A stretch of DNA of 64,000 nt from Chitinophagia bacterium (lineage in GTDB: Bacteria; Bacteroidota; Bacteroidia; Chitinophagales; Chitinophagaceae). Positions 18,669-27,131 of this stretch are shown here, piece by piece (the first letter of the stretch is position 1; every line of letters begins with the position of its first letter). Where the stretch lies: the NCBI GenBank assembly GCA_009920495.1, contig RFZW01000001.1, positions 4,191 to 68,190 of the forward strand. The letters run 5' to 3'. Below the pieces are notes generated by a model, which was given only the letters and a program-made list of their open reading frames with translations, was not told where the DNA came from and did not search any database. The translations under genes and the position numbers were made by a program.

Positions 18669-19265
18669 ATGAATTCATTTTGGAACGATAGATACAGTGA
18701 AACCGAATTTGTGTATGGAATAGCACCTAATATATATTTTGCTGAGGAATTAGGTAAATTAAAACCAGGTACTATTATTTTACCTTGTGATGGAGAAGGC
18801 CGTAATGCGGTACATGCAGCAAGACAAGGATGAAATGTACAAGCATTTGATTTAAGTGAAGCTGGAAAAGTAAAGGCCGATGGTTTGGCTTTAAAGTATG
18901 ATGTAAAAATTAGTTTTCAGCTACAAGATGCTGCCCTGGCTGTGTATCCAGCAGCAAGCGCAGATGCTGTTGCTATTATTTATACGCATTTGCCTACACC
19001 CATAAGAAAGGAATTATACAAGAATATAATCCAATGGTTAAAATCTGGCGGGAAAGTTATTTTAGAAACATTTTGTCCTGATCAATTAAAAAATAATTCT
19101 GGAGGTCCAAAGGACATTGATATGCTTAATACCAAGGAAATTCTTTCAGAAGATTTCAAAGATTTAAGCATTGATTATTTGGAGTATGTGCAAATTCAAT
19201 TGAGTGAAGGTAAGTATCATGAAGGTCAAGCAGATGTGATAAGAATGATCGCAACGAAGCTATAA
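18669..19265 (+). pseudogene. Class I SAM-dependent methyltransferase with an in-frame TGA at 18831
   Basis: MNSFWNDRY...LPCDGEGRNAVHAARQG*NVQAFD continues in frame into ORF 18885-19265. Confidence 0.85.
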
Positions 19266-19279
19266 TTATTACCTATCCT

Positions 19280-19392
19280 TGTGTGAGGAAAACACCCCAT
19301 CAAATCGGTCCAAATCGGTTGTTTTCGGTTTTGTGAAAACATAACCCATTACAAATCAACGCCATCCCGTTAAATCGTGGGTCCTTTGTTGC
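19280..19392 (+). repeat. att-like repeat copy 4 (both arms, core deleted)
   Basis: TGTGTGAGGAAAACACCCC...ACAAATCAACGC joined directly to CATCCCGTTAAATCGTGGGTCCTTTGTTG. Confidence 0.85.
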
Positions 19393-19393
19393 T

Positions 19394-19933
19394 TTAATGC
19401 AGTTTAGGTTTTGTTAGAACTTTTTTTAATTTAATTATTATTCCTATTAGGATTATCAGATAAGTAATACTTGATAATATAAATTTAAAAGAGTTGGTTA
19501 CAGATCCTATCGAAACTAATGTTTCTGATATTGGACCTGAATTTAAATAGGTTTTTAGCATAACTAATTCAACGTAATTCTCTGCCCAATCGGCAATCAT
19601 ACATAAAATAGGAATAATCAATAATAGACGCCTGTTATTAAAAAAGTACATAATCCAAGATGCGTACATCAAAGTATAAACAAATGCAAAAATTGCGTCC
19701 CAAATTTGAAGAAATTCTCTATAACATAGAAGCTGCTCCTGAGTCCTTGATTCAAAGAATTTTCGAACCATTTCTAAAGAGTAAGAGAAAGAAAGACCTA
19801 ATGAACTTGCTCCTGTATCAATTTTGAAGCAACTACCAAATGGAGCTAAAATGTATGTGATATACAAGGAAAAAACTAAAGTAAAACCTATAGCTAAATA
19901 TAGAGCTCGATTATTCTTGAAATATTTAATCAT
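19394..19933 (-). CDS. Hypothetical integral membrane protein
   Basis: Four TM segments, ADWAEN motif; 179 aa. Confidence 0.7.
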   Translation of the reverse strand: MIKYFKNNRALYLAIGFTLVFSLYITYILAPFGSCFKIDTGASSLGLSFSYSLEMVRKFFESRTQEQLLCYREFLQIWDAIFAFVYTLMYASWIMYFFNNRRLLLIIPILCMIADWAENYVELVMLKTYLNSGPISETLVSIGSVTNSFKFILSSITYLIILIGIIIKLKKVLTKPKLH

Positions 19934-19951
19934 TTTGATGATTTTTTATTA

Positions 19952-20524
19952 CTAGTTGGTTTTATCAAATACGGTCTTCCAGGAGCGCTCGCCTTCCCAT
20001 ATATTTGATTTTGCAATGGATTGAATAGTAATTGACTTGCCGTCATTACTCAACTTCCAAACCTCTGTAACGTTAGTATATGCTTGTTCCTGAACATTTG
20101 GATTGTAAGGAGTGCCATTCATAAAGTATACAATTGATTGAATTGTCATAGTTTCTCCATCAGCAGATAACTTTAAAGTAAACTTCTTTCTGTTTCCCTG
20201 GCCATGATTAATTTGACTTTCTTTACCATTGATGATCAGCTTCTCCCAGCTTAAAGTTGATGTTGCGCCTGTATCCGAGTTTGGATTTTCTATAGTTAGA
20301 AAATCTGCATCCTCCGCTATTTTCATTGTTTTTGAATTCATACGATCACCTTCTAGATAGGAGCAAAAAATATTTCCGCCTATACTTATCGGCTCTTTGG
20401 TTTTCCATTCACCAGAAAATTTAGTTCGATGAATGACATTTTTTTGTTGTGCTTCAACAGTAAAATAGAATACTACTGTTAACAAAATAATCATGCAGGA
20501 TAAAATGTATCTTTTATTTTTCAT
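19952..20524 (-). CDS. Hypothetical secreted protein (lipocalin-like beta barrel)
   Basis: Signal peptide; FSGEW; repeated LSxDG hairpins. Confidence 0.65.
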   Translation of the reverse strand: MKNKRYILSCMIILLTVVFYFTVEAQQKNVIHRTKFSGEWKTKEPISIGGNIFCSYLEGDRMNSKTMKIAEDADFLTIENPNSDTGATSTLSWEKLIINGKESQINHGQGNRKKFTLKLSADGETMTIQSIVYFMNGTPYNPNVQEQAYTNVTEVWKLSNDGKSITIQSIAKSNIWEGERSWKTVFDKTN

Positions 20525-20602
20525 AAGTTTTTTATTAATCCTTTATGGGTTGTCTAAAGATATAACATCGCCTTTAATTACAACCTATCATAAACCTTTT
20601 GG

Positions 20603-20653
20603 TGCCGAAAATACCCACTTATATCGAAGAAAACCGGTCGATTTCGGTTTTGT
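20603..20653 (+). repeat. att-like repeat copy 5 (degenerate left arm)
   Basis: GAAAATACCCAC...AAACCGGTCGATTTCGGTTTTGT aligns with left-arm GAAAACGCCCCC...AAATCGGTTGATTTCGGTTTTGT. Confidence 0.6.
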
Positions 20654-20986
20654 TCAATAACTGAATGTCCAACTTCCCTCTTCCATCTCCGCTTCCAATT
20701 CTCCCACATCCCATCCGCAATAGCCAATAAAAAGTTGAATTTCTTGTTTATTGGCACTCTTAGTGTTGATTGCTTCGATCACTTGGTCCATATTACCACC
20801 CAAATAAAAACCATTGGGTATTTTTTCGCCCCCCTCAATTAGATCGGGTCGCTTGTGCAATACAAAGAGGTGGTCTCTATCAACTGGGCCGCCATCCATC
20901 AGTGGAAATGGTTTAACGTGTTTGAATTCAATTAGTTCATGCAATGACTTTTCAAAGGATTTATTGGTTACAAACCCTAAACTTCC
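20654..20986 (-). pseudogene. YqgE/AlgH family protein, 5'-truncated
   Basis: GSLGFVTNK, GGPV, LFIGYCGWDVGELEAEMEEGSW; no recognisable family N-terminus upstream of GSLGF. Confidence 0.75.
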
Positions 20987-21099
20987 TAGTTGATATGTCG
21001 TTAATGATTGTGGGCACCTAATACGAAAATTATTAAGCTGTAAATCGCCAGCCTAAAGTAGACAAAAAAGTGGAGTTTTCTTAAAATCATATACTAACT

Positions 21100-21120
21100 T
21101 TAAATCCTGGGTCCTTTGTT
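21100..21120 (+). repeat. att-like repeat copy 6 (right-arm remnant)
   Basis: TTAAATCCTGGGTCCTTTGTT, 20/21 identical to 3961-3981. Confidence 0.7.
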
Positions 21121-21163
21121 ATTTTTTCTTCATTCTGTGCCTAAATTCGCTTAACTATTCAAT

Positions 21164-21194
21164 AAAAAAAGAGCCTTCTATTGCTAGAAGGCTC
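21164..21194 (-). terminator. Rho-independent terminator
   Basis: GAGCCTTCTA-TTGC-TAGAAGGCTC preceded by A7 (a U-tract on the minus strand). Confidence 0.8.
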
Positions 21195-21220
21195 AATTGT
21201 ATTTTTCAAACTTAAAAGAT

Positions 21221-21640
21221 TTATTGAATTTCCCAATCTGTATAGGAAGATGAAATTTTTCCCAGTTTATTTGCTTCATCAGAATAGGTTTTCAGTTTAG
21301 CAAACAAGTCGGTTCCTAGTTTATTTAATTTGCCATCAGCATCGAAGAAGTTATCCCTTGCTTTTGGCTCGAAAATATATAGTACAGCCATTTCATTATC
21401 ATTTTTTTTTGCATCCACACCTCTTATACCTGCAACTTCTAACATTTTCACTTTAAAAAGTTTGGTAAATTCTGCACCATACACATTAAAATAATAATCT
21501 TTAAACTGTGCCATAGTCACATTAGGGCTTAAGGTTACAGTGCCTTTGTGTAGTCCTAATAAACTACCTTTTTTGACAGTTTGCGAAAAGATGCAAGTTG
21601 ATATTAATAACATTAAACTTAAGAATAACATTTTTTTCAT
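21221..21640 (-). CDS. Hypothetical secreted protein
   Basis: Signal peptide MKKMLFLSLMLLISTCIFSQ; has its own terminator. Confidence 0.7.
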   Translation of the reverse strand: MKKMLFLSLMLLISTCIFSQTVKKGSLLGLHKGTVTLSPNVTMAQFKDYYFNVYGAEFTKLFKVKMLEVAGIRGVDAKKNDNEMAVLYIFEPKARDNFFDADGKLNKLGTDLFAKLKTYSDEANKLGKISSSYTDWEIQ

Positions 21641-21681
21641 GGTTCTATTTTTTTGTTTTACAAAATTTTAAATCGTACTAT

Positions 21682-22233
21682 TTATTTTTTTTGAGAAGCT
21701 GCTATTTCTTCTTTTAAAGCAGTAGGATCAAAAGAAAATCTTGCAACGGAAATTTTGTCATTTTCCCATTTAAATATAATATGACCAGGATTAGCAACTT
21801 TAGTATGTGTTGTCTTGCCAATACCATTCCAAGTAAACCAAACTACAGTATATATATTTCCAGCTTTAACAATGTTATTTTCATGTTTTTCATCCTTTAT
21901 GATAGAGTCTGTTTTTACATATAAATCATTCTTATCCCAATTAATACTGTCAAAATAAATATGATGTAATTGTGCCAATTCTTTCCATTGTGATTTGCTC
22001 ATAGGCATAGTAGAATTGAAATAAACTTTAGCCGAATCAGATACTATTTCATCAAATTTCGCATAATCATTATGTGTGTAATCTTCTAGGATATGTTTTT
22101 TAACTTTTTGAGAATAATTGTCGTCAATTCTCGCTACAGTTGATATTGACTCATCAACCTTGGATTCATTTTGTTTGTCATTACAAGCAAAAAAAGAAGA
22201 AATCATTAATGCAATGCATAGTAGTTTTTTCAT
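21682..22233 (-). CDS. Lipoprotein, SnoaL/NTF2-like fold
   Basis: Lipobox FFAC; VWFTWNG and FKWENDKI beta-strand pattern. Confidence 0.65.
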   Translation of the reverse strand: MKKLLCIALMISSFFACNDKQNESKVDESISTVARIDDNYSQKVKKHILEDYTHNDYAKFDEIVSDSAKVYFNSTMPMSKSQWKELAQLHHIYFDSINWDKNDLYVKTDSIIKDEKHENNIVKAGNIYTVVWFTWNGIGKTTHTKVANPGHIIFKWENDKISVARFSFDPTALKEEIAASQKK

Positions 22234-22492
22234 GTGGATATTTTTTCAATTTGAAATTAAAAATAAGTATCATTTTGGTGCTAAAAAATTTTATCTTGAA
22301 TCAGAGTTACACATAACATAATGATCATCTAGCTTCCCTTTTCTTATGAATACAAGCCTAATTTGTTCAAATTTGGTTAATTTCGGCATACTAGATATTC
22401 AACATGTTGAAAATCAAAAACTTAGACTAATTATTTTCCTAATACAAGCATTTGAAACAAAATAATTCAAGTAAACATTTATACCTTTATAT

Positions 22493-22750
22493 ATGACAGA
22501 TAAGCAAATACTATTTCTCATTTTAATGATTTGGAGTATTCCCAGCACTTATTTTAGGAGTAAGTTTAGAAAAATTGTTTACCAAACTGATGATTGGAAA
22601 ATAAATATTAAACCTCTTTTCAAAAAAGAGATTGTCGGTTTATTCACAAATATGTATCCCGATAATAAAAATTACCTCAAAACAAGAAATTACTACCAAA
22701 TCTATTTAGCTGTTTATCTGATTTTATTTATAATTTATAAAATTTCTTAA
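22493..22750 (+). CDS. Small hypothetical membrane protein
   Basis: Two TM segments around RSKFRKIVYQTDDWKINIKP. Confidence 0.65.
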   Translation: MTDKQILFLILMIWSIPSTYFRSKFRKIVYQTDDWKINIKPLFKKEIVGLFTNMYPDNKNYLKTRNYYQIYLAVYLILFIIYKIS

Positions 22751-22802
22751 TAGAAATATTCTATACTCATTAAAAAATACTATTTAGAAATAGTTTAATA
22801 TC

Positions 22803-23596
22803 ATGAAGCAAGCGCTACTTAATTTATTATTCTCACTCATCGCTTTTGCCATTGCATATTGTATTGCGTTATTAACTGGACTACAGGTGATTCAGCAAGC
22901 TGTATTGATCGCCTTTGTTATACAATGGTTTATGTTTATTCCGGCTTTTATATTTCAAACAGAAAAGTTTTATGACCTAACAGGAAGTGTCACCTACATT
23001 TCCATTGTAAGTTATATAAGTATTCAAATTTATTCTACAACCCATGTTAATTTAGGTAGCATGCTTTTAGCTTCTTTCATCATCCTATGGGCAATTCGTT
23101 TAGGAAGCTTTTTATTTACAAGAATTCATAAAAGTGGGGAAGATAAAAGGTTTAAATTTATTAAACCTTCACCAACAAGATTCTTCATGACATGGACACT
23201 GCAAGGGATGTGGGTTTCTTTATGTTCCATGTGCGCCTTAACAGCAATTGCAAGTAAAGATGGGGTAATACAAAATGGGATTTTTTATTTTGGGATGTTC
23301 GTTTTTATTTCTGGCTTTATTATGGTCTTTGGTATTATTCAAGACATCCAAACTATTTTGGTGAAATTATATTATGGTTGGGCATTTCAATCATGTCTTT
23401 TTCCTCCTTATCAAGTTGGCAGTATTTTACTTTAATTTCTCCTCTTTTTACATATATGCTATTGGTTTATGTAAGCGGTGTTCGAATTTTAGAAATTTCA
23501 GGGATGGAGAAATGGGGTCATTTAGAGAGCTATCAAGAATATGTCCGCACAACATCTTCCTTATTTCCAAATTTTAAGCTATCTAAAATGAGATAG
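22803..23596 (+). pseudogene. DUF1295 (steroid 5-alpha-reductase-like) membrane protein, internal deletion/frameshift near 23320
   Basis: EKFYDLTGS, GEDKRF; the hallmark GLWYYSRHPNYFGE lies in another frame and the expected E-x-x-ADxQK segment is absent. Confidence 0.85.
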
Positions 23597-23769
23597 TCAA
23601 CATTATTTTGACCATGGTAATAAACTAATGTTTAGTAATAAACGCATTAATTTTATTGATAATTTTCTTAGCCTGGTGGTGTTTTATTCAATCTTGGACA
23701 AGATAAAATCTATATATTGAAAACAATTTGAATCTGAAATTGTTAATTAGTTAGACTAAAAGTCACTAA

Positions 23770-25260
23770 ATGTCATTACAAGTTTCAATAATATTCCCCA
23801 ACCAATTATATAAGGAAAATCCTGCTATACACAACAATATACCCGTCTATTTGGTGGAGGAATGGCATTTTTTTAATCAATACCAATTTCACAAGGAAAA
23901 ATTAGTCCTGCATAGGGCGAGTATGAAGTTTTATGAGCAGTTCTTAATCAAGCAGGGAGTAATAGTACATTATATTGAATCAATAGAAACTCGAAATAGG
24001 ATCGCGTTACTTATTGAAAAGCTACATGCTAATAAAGTCAAACAAATTCATATAGTAGATCCAGTTGACAATTGGTTATTAGAAAAAATTAAATCAAGCT
24101 GTAAAAAATATGGAATTGAACTAACCATCTATGATAGCCCTAATTTTTTAAATACCATTAATCAGATAGCTGATTTTTTTTCAAAAAAGAAAACCTACTT
24201 TCATACCGATTTTTATACCTGGCAAAGAAAATCAAGAAATATTTTATTAGAAAAAGACGGTAAGCCTTTGGGTGGAAAATGGACTTACGATGCAGATAAT
24301 AGATCTAAATTCCCTAAAAAAGAAGCTGCACCTAAATTACCATCGGCTCCGCCAAATAAATATATAAGCGAAGCTGAAAGCTATATTCAGAAAAATTATC
24401 CGAACAATTACGGTTCAGTGAACGAACATCATTTATTTGCTATCAATTTTGATAACACTGAAAAATGGCTTGAAGAATTTTTACAAGACCGATTTGAAAA
24501 ATTTGGAATATATGAAGATGCCATTGTTGCTAAAGAATATGTTTTACACCATTCTGTGCTGAGTCCAATGCTGAATGTAGGTTTAATAAGTCCTCAGCAA
24601 ATCATAGATCAAGCAATAACATTTTCAAATAAAAATAATGTTCCATTAAATTCTTTAGAAGGGTTCGTTAGACAGATAATTGGGTGGCGTGAATTTATCA
24701 GAATTGTGTATGAGCGGGAAGGTTCAAAACAGAGGACTACCAATTACTGGAAGTTTACAAGAAAAATCCCGACAAGTTTTTGGAAGGGGACAACGGGTAT
24801 TACACCTATTGATATTACCATAAAAAAAGTTTTAGCCACTGGATATTGCCATCATATTGAAAGGCTTATGGTACTGGGTAATTTTATGCTTTTATGCGAG
24901 TTTGATCCCAATGAAGTATATATGTGGTTTATGGAAATGTTTATTGATGCATATGACTGGGTAATGGTTCCAAATGTATATGGCATGACACAGTTTGCAG
25001 ATGGCGGATTAATGACCACTAAGCCATATATCAGTGGTAGCAATTATTTAATGAAAATGAGTGACTATGAAAAAGGAGAATGGCAACCCATTTGGGATGG
25101 TTTATTTTGGCGATTTATGCATGAACATAGAACCTTTTTCTTAAGTAATCCAAGAATTGGGATGCTAGTACACACTTTTGATAAAATGAGCACGGATAAA
25201 CAAAAGACGCATTTAGACAATGCTAAAAATTTTTTAATAGAATTAGATAATCAAATTTAA
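23770..25260 (+). CDS. Cryptochrome/photolyase-related protein (PhrB/FeS-BCP clade, putative (6-4) photolyase)
   Basis: HKEKLVLHRASM, GGKWTYDADNR, FGIYEDA, EGFVRQIIGWREF, HHIERLM, TKPYISGSNY. Confidence 0.88.
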   Translation: MSLQVSIIFPNQLYKENPAIHNNIPVYLVEEWHFFNQYQFHKEKLVLHRASMKFYEQFLIKQGVIVHYIESIETRNRIALLIEKLHANKVKQIHIVDPVDNWLLEKIKSSCKKYGIELTIYDSPNFLNTINQIADFFSKKKTYFHTDFYTWQRKSRNILLEKDGKPLGGKWTYDADNRSKFPKKEAAPKLPSAPPNKYISEAESYIQKNYPNNYGSVNEHHLFAINFDNTEKWLEEFLQDRFEKFGIYEDAIVAKEYVLHHSVLSPMLNVGLISPQQIIDQAITFSNKNNVPLNSLEGFVRQIIGWREFIRIVYEREGSKQRTTNYWKFTRKIPTSFWKGTTGITPIDITIKKVLATGYCHHIERLMVLGNFMLLCEFDPNEVYMWFMEMFIDAYDWVMVPNVYGMTQFADGGLMTTKPYISGSNYLMKMSDYEKGEWQPIWDGLFWRFMHEHRTFFLSNPRIGMLVHTFDKMSTDKQKTHLDNAKNFLIELDNQI

Positions 25261-25262
25261 CT

Positions 25263-25877
25263 ATGAAAGTACAAATAACAGCAAGCGATTTACTACAGAT
25301 GGAGCAACGGAAAAGGGCACACTTAATCAATAGTGTCGGAGGCTTTAAAAATGTTTGTCTTATTGGTACCGTTGATAAAATTGGACAAACTAATTTGGCA
25401 ATTTTTAGCTCTATAGTGCATATTGGTGCTAATCCTCCATTAATTAGTTTCATCATGCGACCAGATTCTGTTGAACGACACACTTTAGCGAATATCTTGG
25501 AAACTGGCTCTTATACTATTAATCATTTGAACGCGTCTATTTATAAGCAAGCACATCAAAGTTCAGCAAGGTATGCTAAAGAGGTATCCGAATTTGATGC
25601 TACAGGTTTAAGTACCGAATATAAAGCTAATTGCAAGGCGCCATTCGTAAAAGAAAGTAATGTACAACTTGAACTTGATTTTAAACAACGAATTGATTTA
25701 ACCATTAACAATACTATCATGATTATCGGCGAAATTAAAAATATATTTTTCCCCGAGGGTTGTATGCAGGAAGATGGATTCTTGGATATTGAAAAAGCGG
25801 GAACGATCACCTGTTCGGGGCTTGATAGCTATCATTTATCTAAAAGTTTAGCGCGACTGCCTTATGCAAAAGTATAA
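25263..25877 (+). CDS. Flavin reductase family protein
   Basis: NLAIFSSIVHIGANPP, RHTLANI, APFVKES. Confidence 0.85.
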   Translation: MKVQITASDLLQMEQRKRAHLINSVGGFKNVCLIGTVDKIGQTNLAIFSSIVHIGANPPLISFIMRPDSVERHTLANILETGSYTINHLNASIYKQAHQSSARYAKEVSEFDATGLSTEYKANCKAPFVKESNVQLELDFKQRIDLTINNTIMIIGEIKNIFFPEGCMQEDGFLDIEKAGTITCSGLDSYHLSKSLARLPYAKV

Positions 25878-26988
25878 CCATTTGTTTCCAACGGATTACG
25901 AATCAATTCTGTCTAAAATAAATGCAATCCATCCTGAGAAATATTCAAAAACAAGAAATTTCTTAAATGGGGATATTACTTATTTGTCCCCATATATTTC
26001 AAGGGGAGTAATATCTACCAAGCAGTTAATGGATGCTGTTTTAAAAAATGGTTTTACTTTTTTACAAAGTGAGAAATTAATTCAGGAACTAGCTTGGCGT
26101 GAATATTATCAAAGGATATGGCAGGTTAAAAAAGAAAATATATGGGATGATTTAAAACAGGCACAACCAGGGTTTACTCATCATGAAATGTTAAATTCTT
26201 TATTAACCTGTGATACGGGGATTCAAGTAATTGATGAACATATTAATCATCTATACCAAGCAGGATATTTGCATAACCATATAAGGATGTATGTGGCATC
26301 TATTGCCTGTAATATTGGTAAAGCGCATTGGAAAATGCCTGCTAAATGGCTATACTATCATTTGTTGGATGGCGATATAGCAAGTAATAATTGCAGTTGG
26401 CAATGGGTGGCTGCATCATTTTCTTCAAAAAAATATTATTGTAATCAAGAAAATATTAATAAGTACACCAATACAAATCAAACTGATACTTTTTTAGATA
26501 ATACTTATGAGCAAATTGCTAGCATAAAAGTACCTGATTCTTTAACATTAACCACTTCAATACAGTTAAATACAATTTTACCAAATACAAAAAGCCCTGT
26601 ACTAGATTTATCTAAACCCACCCTTCTATACAACGCCTATAATTTAGATCCCAATTGGCGTGCAAATGAAAATGTAAACAGGGTATTGCTTTTAGAGCCA
26701 TCTCATTTTAATGCGAATCCAGTGAGTGAAAAAGTGTTAAATTTCGTACTTGCGCTTTCTAAAAATATTCCTGACATACAAGTGTTTGTTGGAGAAGTAT
26801 CAGAAATTTTAGCACTATATAAGGGAAGTGATTTTGAAATAAACGAACTAATCATTTCAAAAGAACATCCAGCATTTGAATATTATCCCGGTATTAAAGA
26901 TCAACGGGATTGGATGTTCCCGTCTGTTACTGGTTATTACCCTTCCTTTTTTAAATTTTGGGAAAAATGTCTCCAATCACTAATGTAA
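25864..26988 (+). CDS. DNA photolyase FAD-binding domain protein (short photolyase-like)
   Basis: LSPYISRG, QELAWREY, GYLHNHIRM, LLDGDIASNNCSWQWVA; lacks the N-terminal antenna domain. Confidence 0.85.
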   Translation: MQKYNHLFPTDYESILSKINAIHPEKYSKTRNFLNGDITYLSPYISRGVISTKQLMDAVLKNGFTFLQSEKLIQELAWREYYQRIWQVKKENIWDDLKQAQPGFTHHEMLNSLLTCDTGIQVIDEHINHLYQAGYLHNHIRMYVASIACNIGKAHWKMPAKWLYYHLLDGDIASNNCSWQWVAASFSSKKYYCNQENINKYTNTNQTDTFLDNTYEQIASIKVPDSLTLTTSIQLNTILPNTKSPVLDLSKPTLLYNAYNLDPNWRANENVNRVLLLEPSHFNANPVSEKVLNFVLALSKNIPDIQVFVGEVSEILALYKGSDFEINELIISKEHPAFEYYPGIKDQRDWMFPSVTGYYPSFFKFWEKCLQSLM

Positions 26989-27131
26989 ATGCATTTTTGT
27001 TAAACATATTTTCATTTTTATTTTGCCGGGGTAAAACAAATAGCAACTAACCCCATGGATGTCCAGAAAATATTTTAGCATACAACAATAGTCTTCATTA
27101 TTTGTTATAAAATTATAATAAAAGAACAAGT

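Noticed and set aside
18831-18833. Selenocysteine or genetic-code reassignment (TGA=Trp)
   Set aside because: The position corresponds to Trp rather than Cys, TGA terminates other genes in the window, and Trp is coded TGG elsewhere.
2733-21120. CRISPR array or integron attC interpretation of the repeats
   Set aside because: Copies are mostly kilobases apart and up to 360 bp long, and no cas genes are present. I saw no attC-type RYYYAAC...GTTRRRY ends and no intI. The tRNA core points to att junctions instead.
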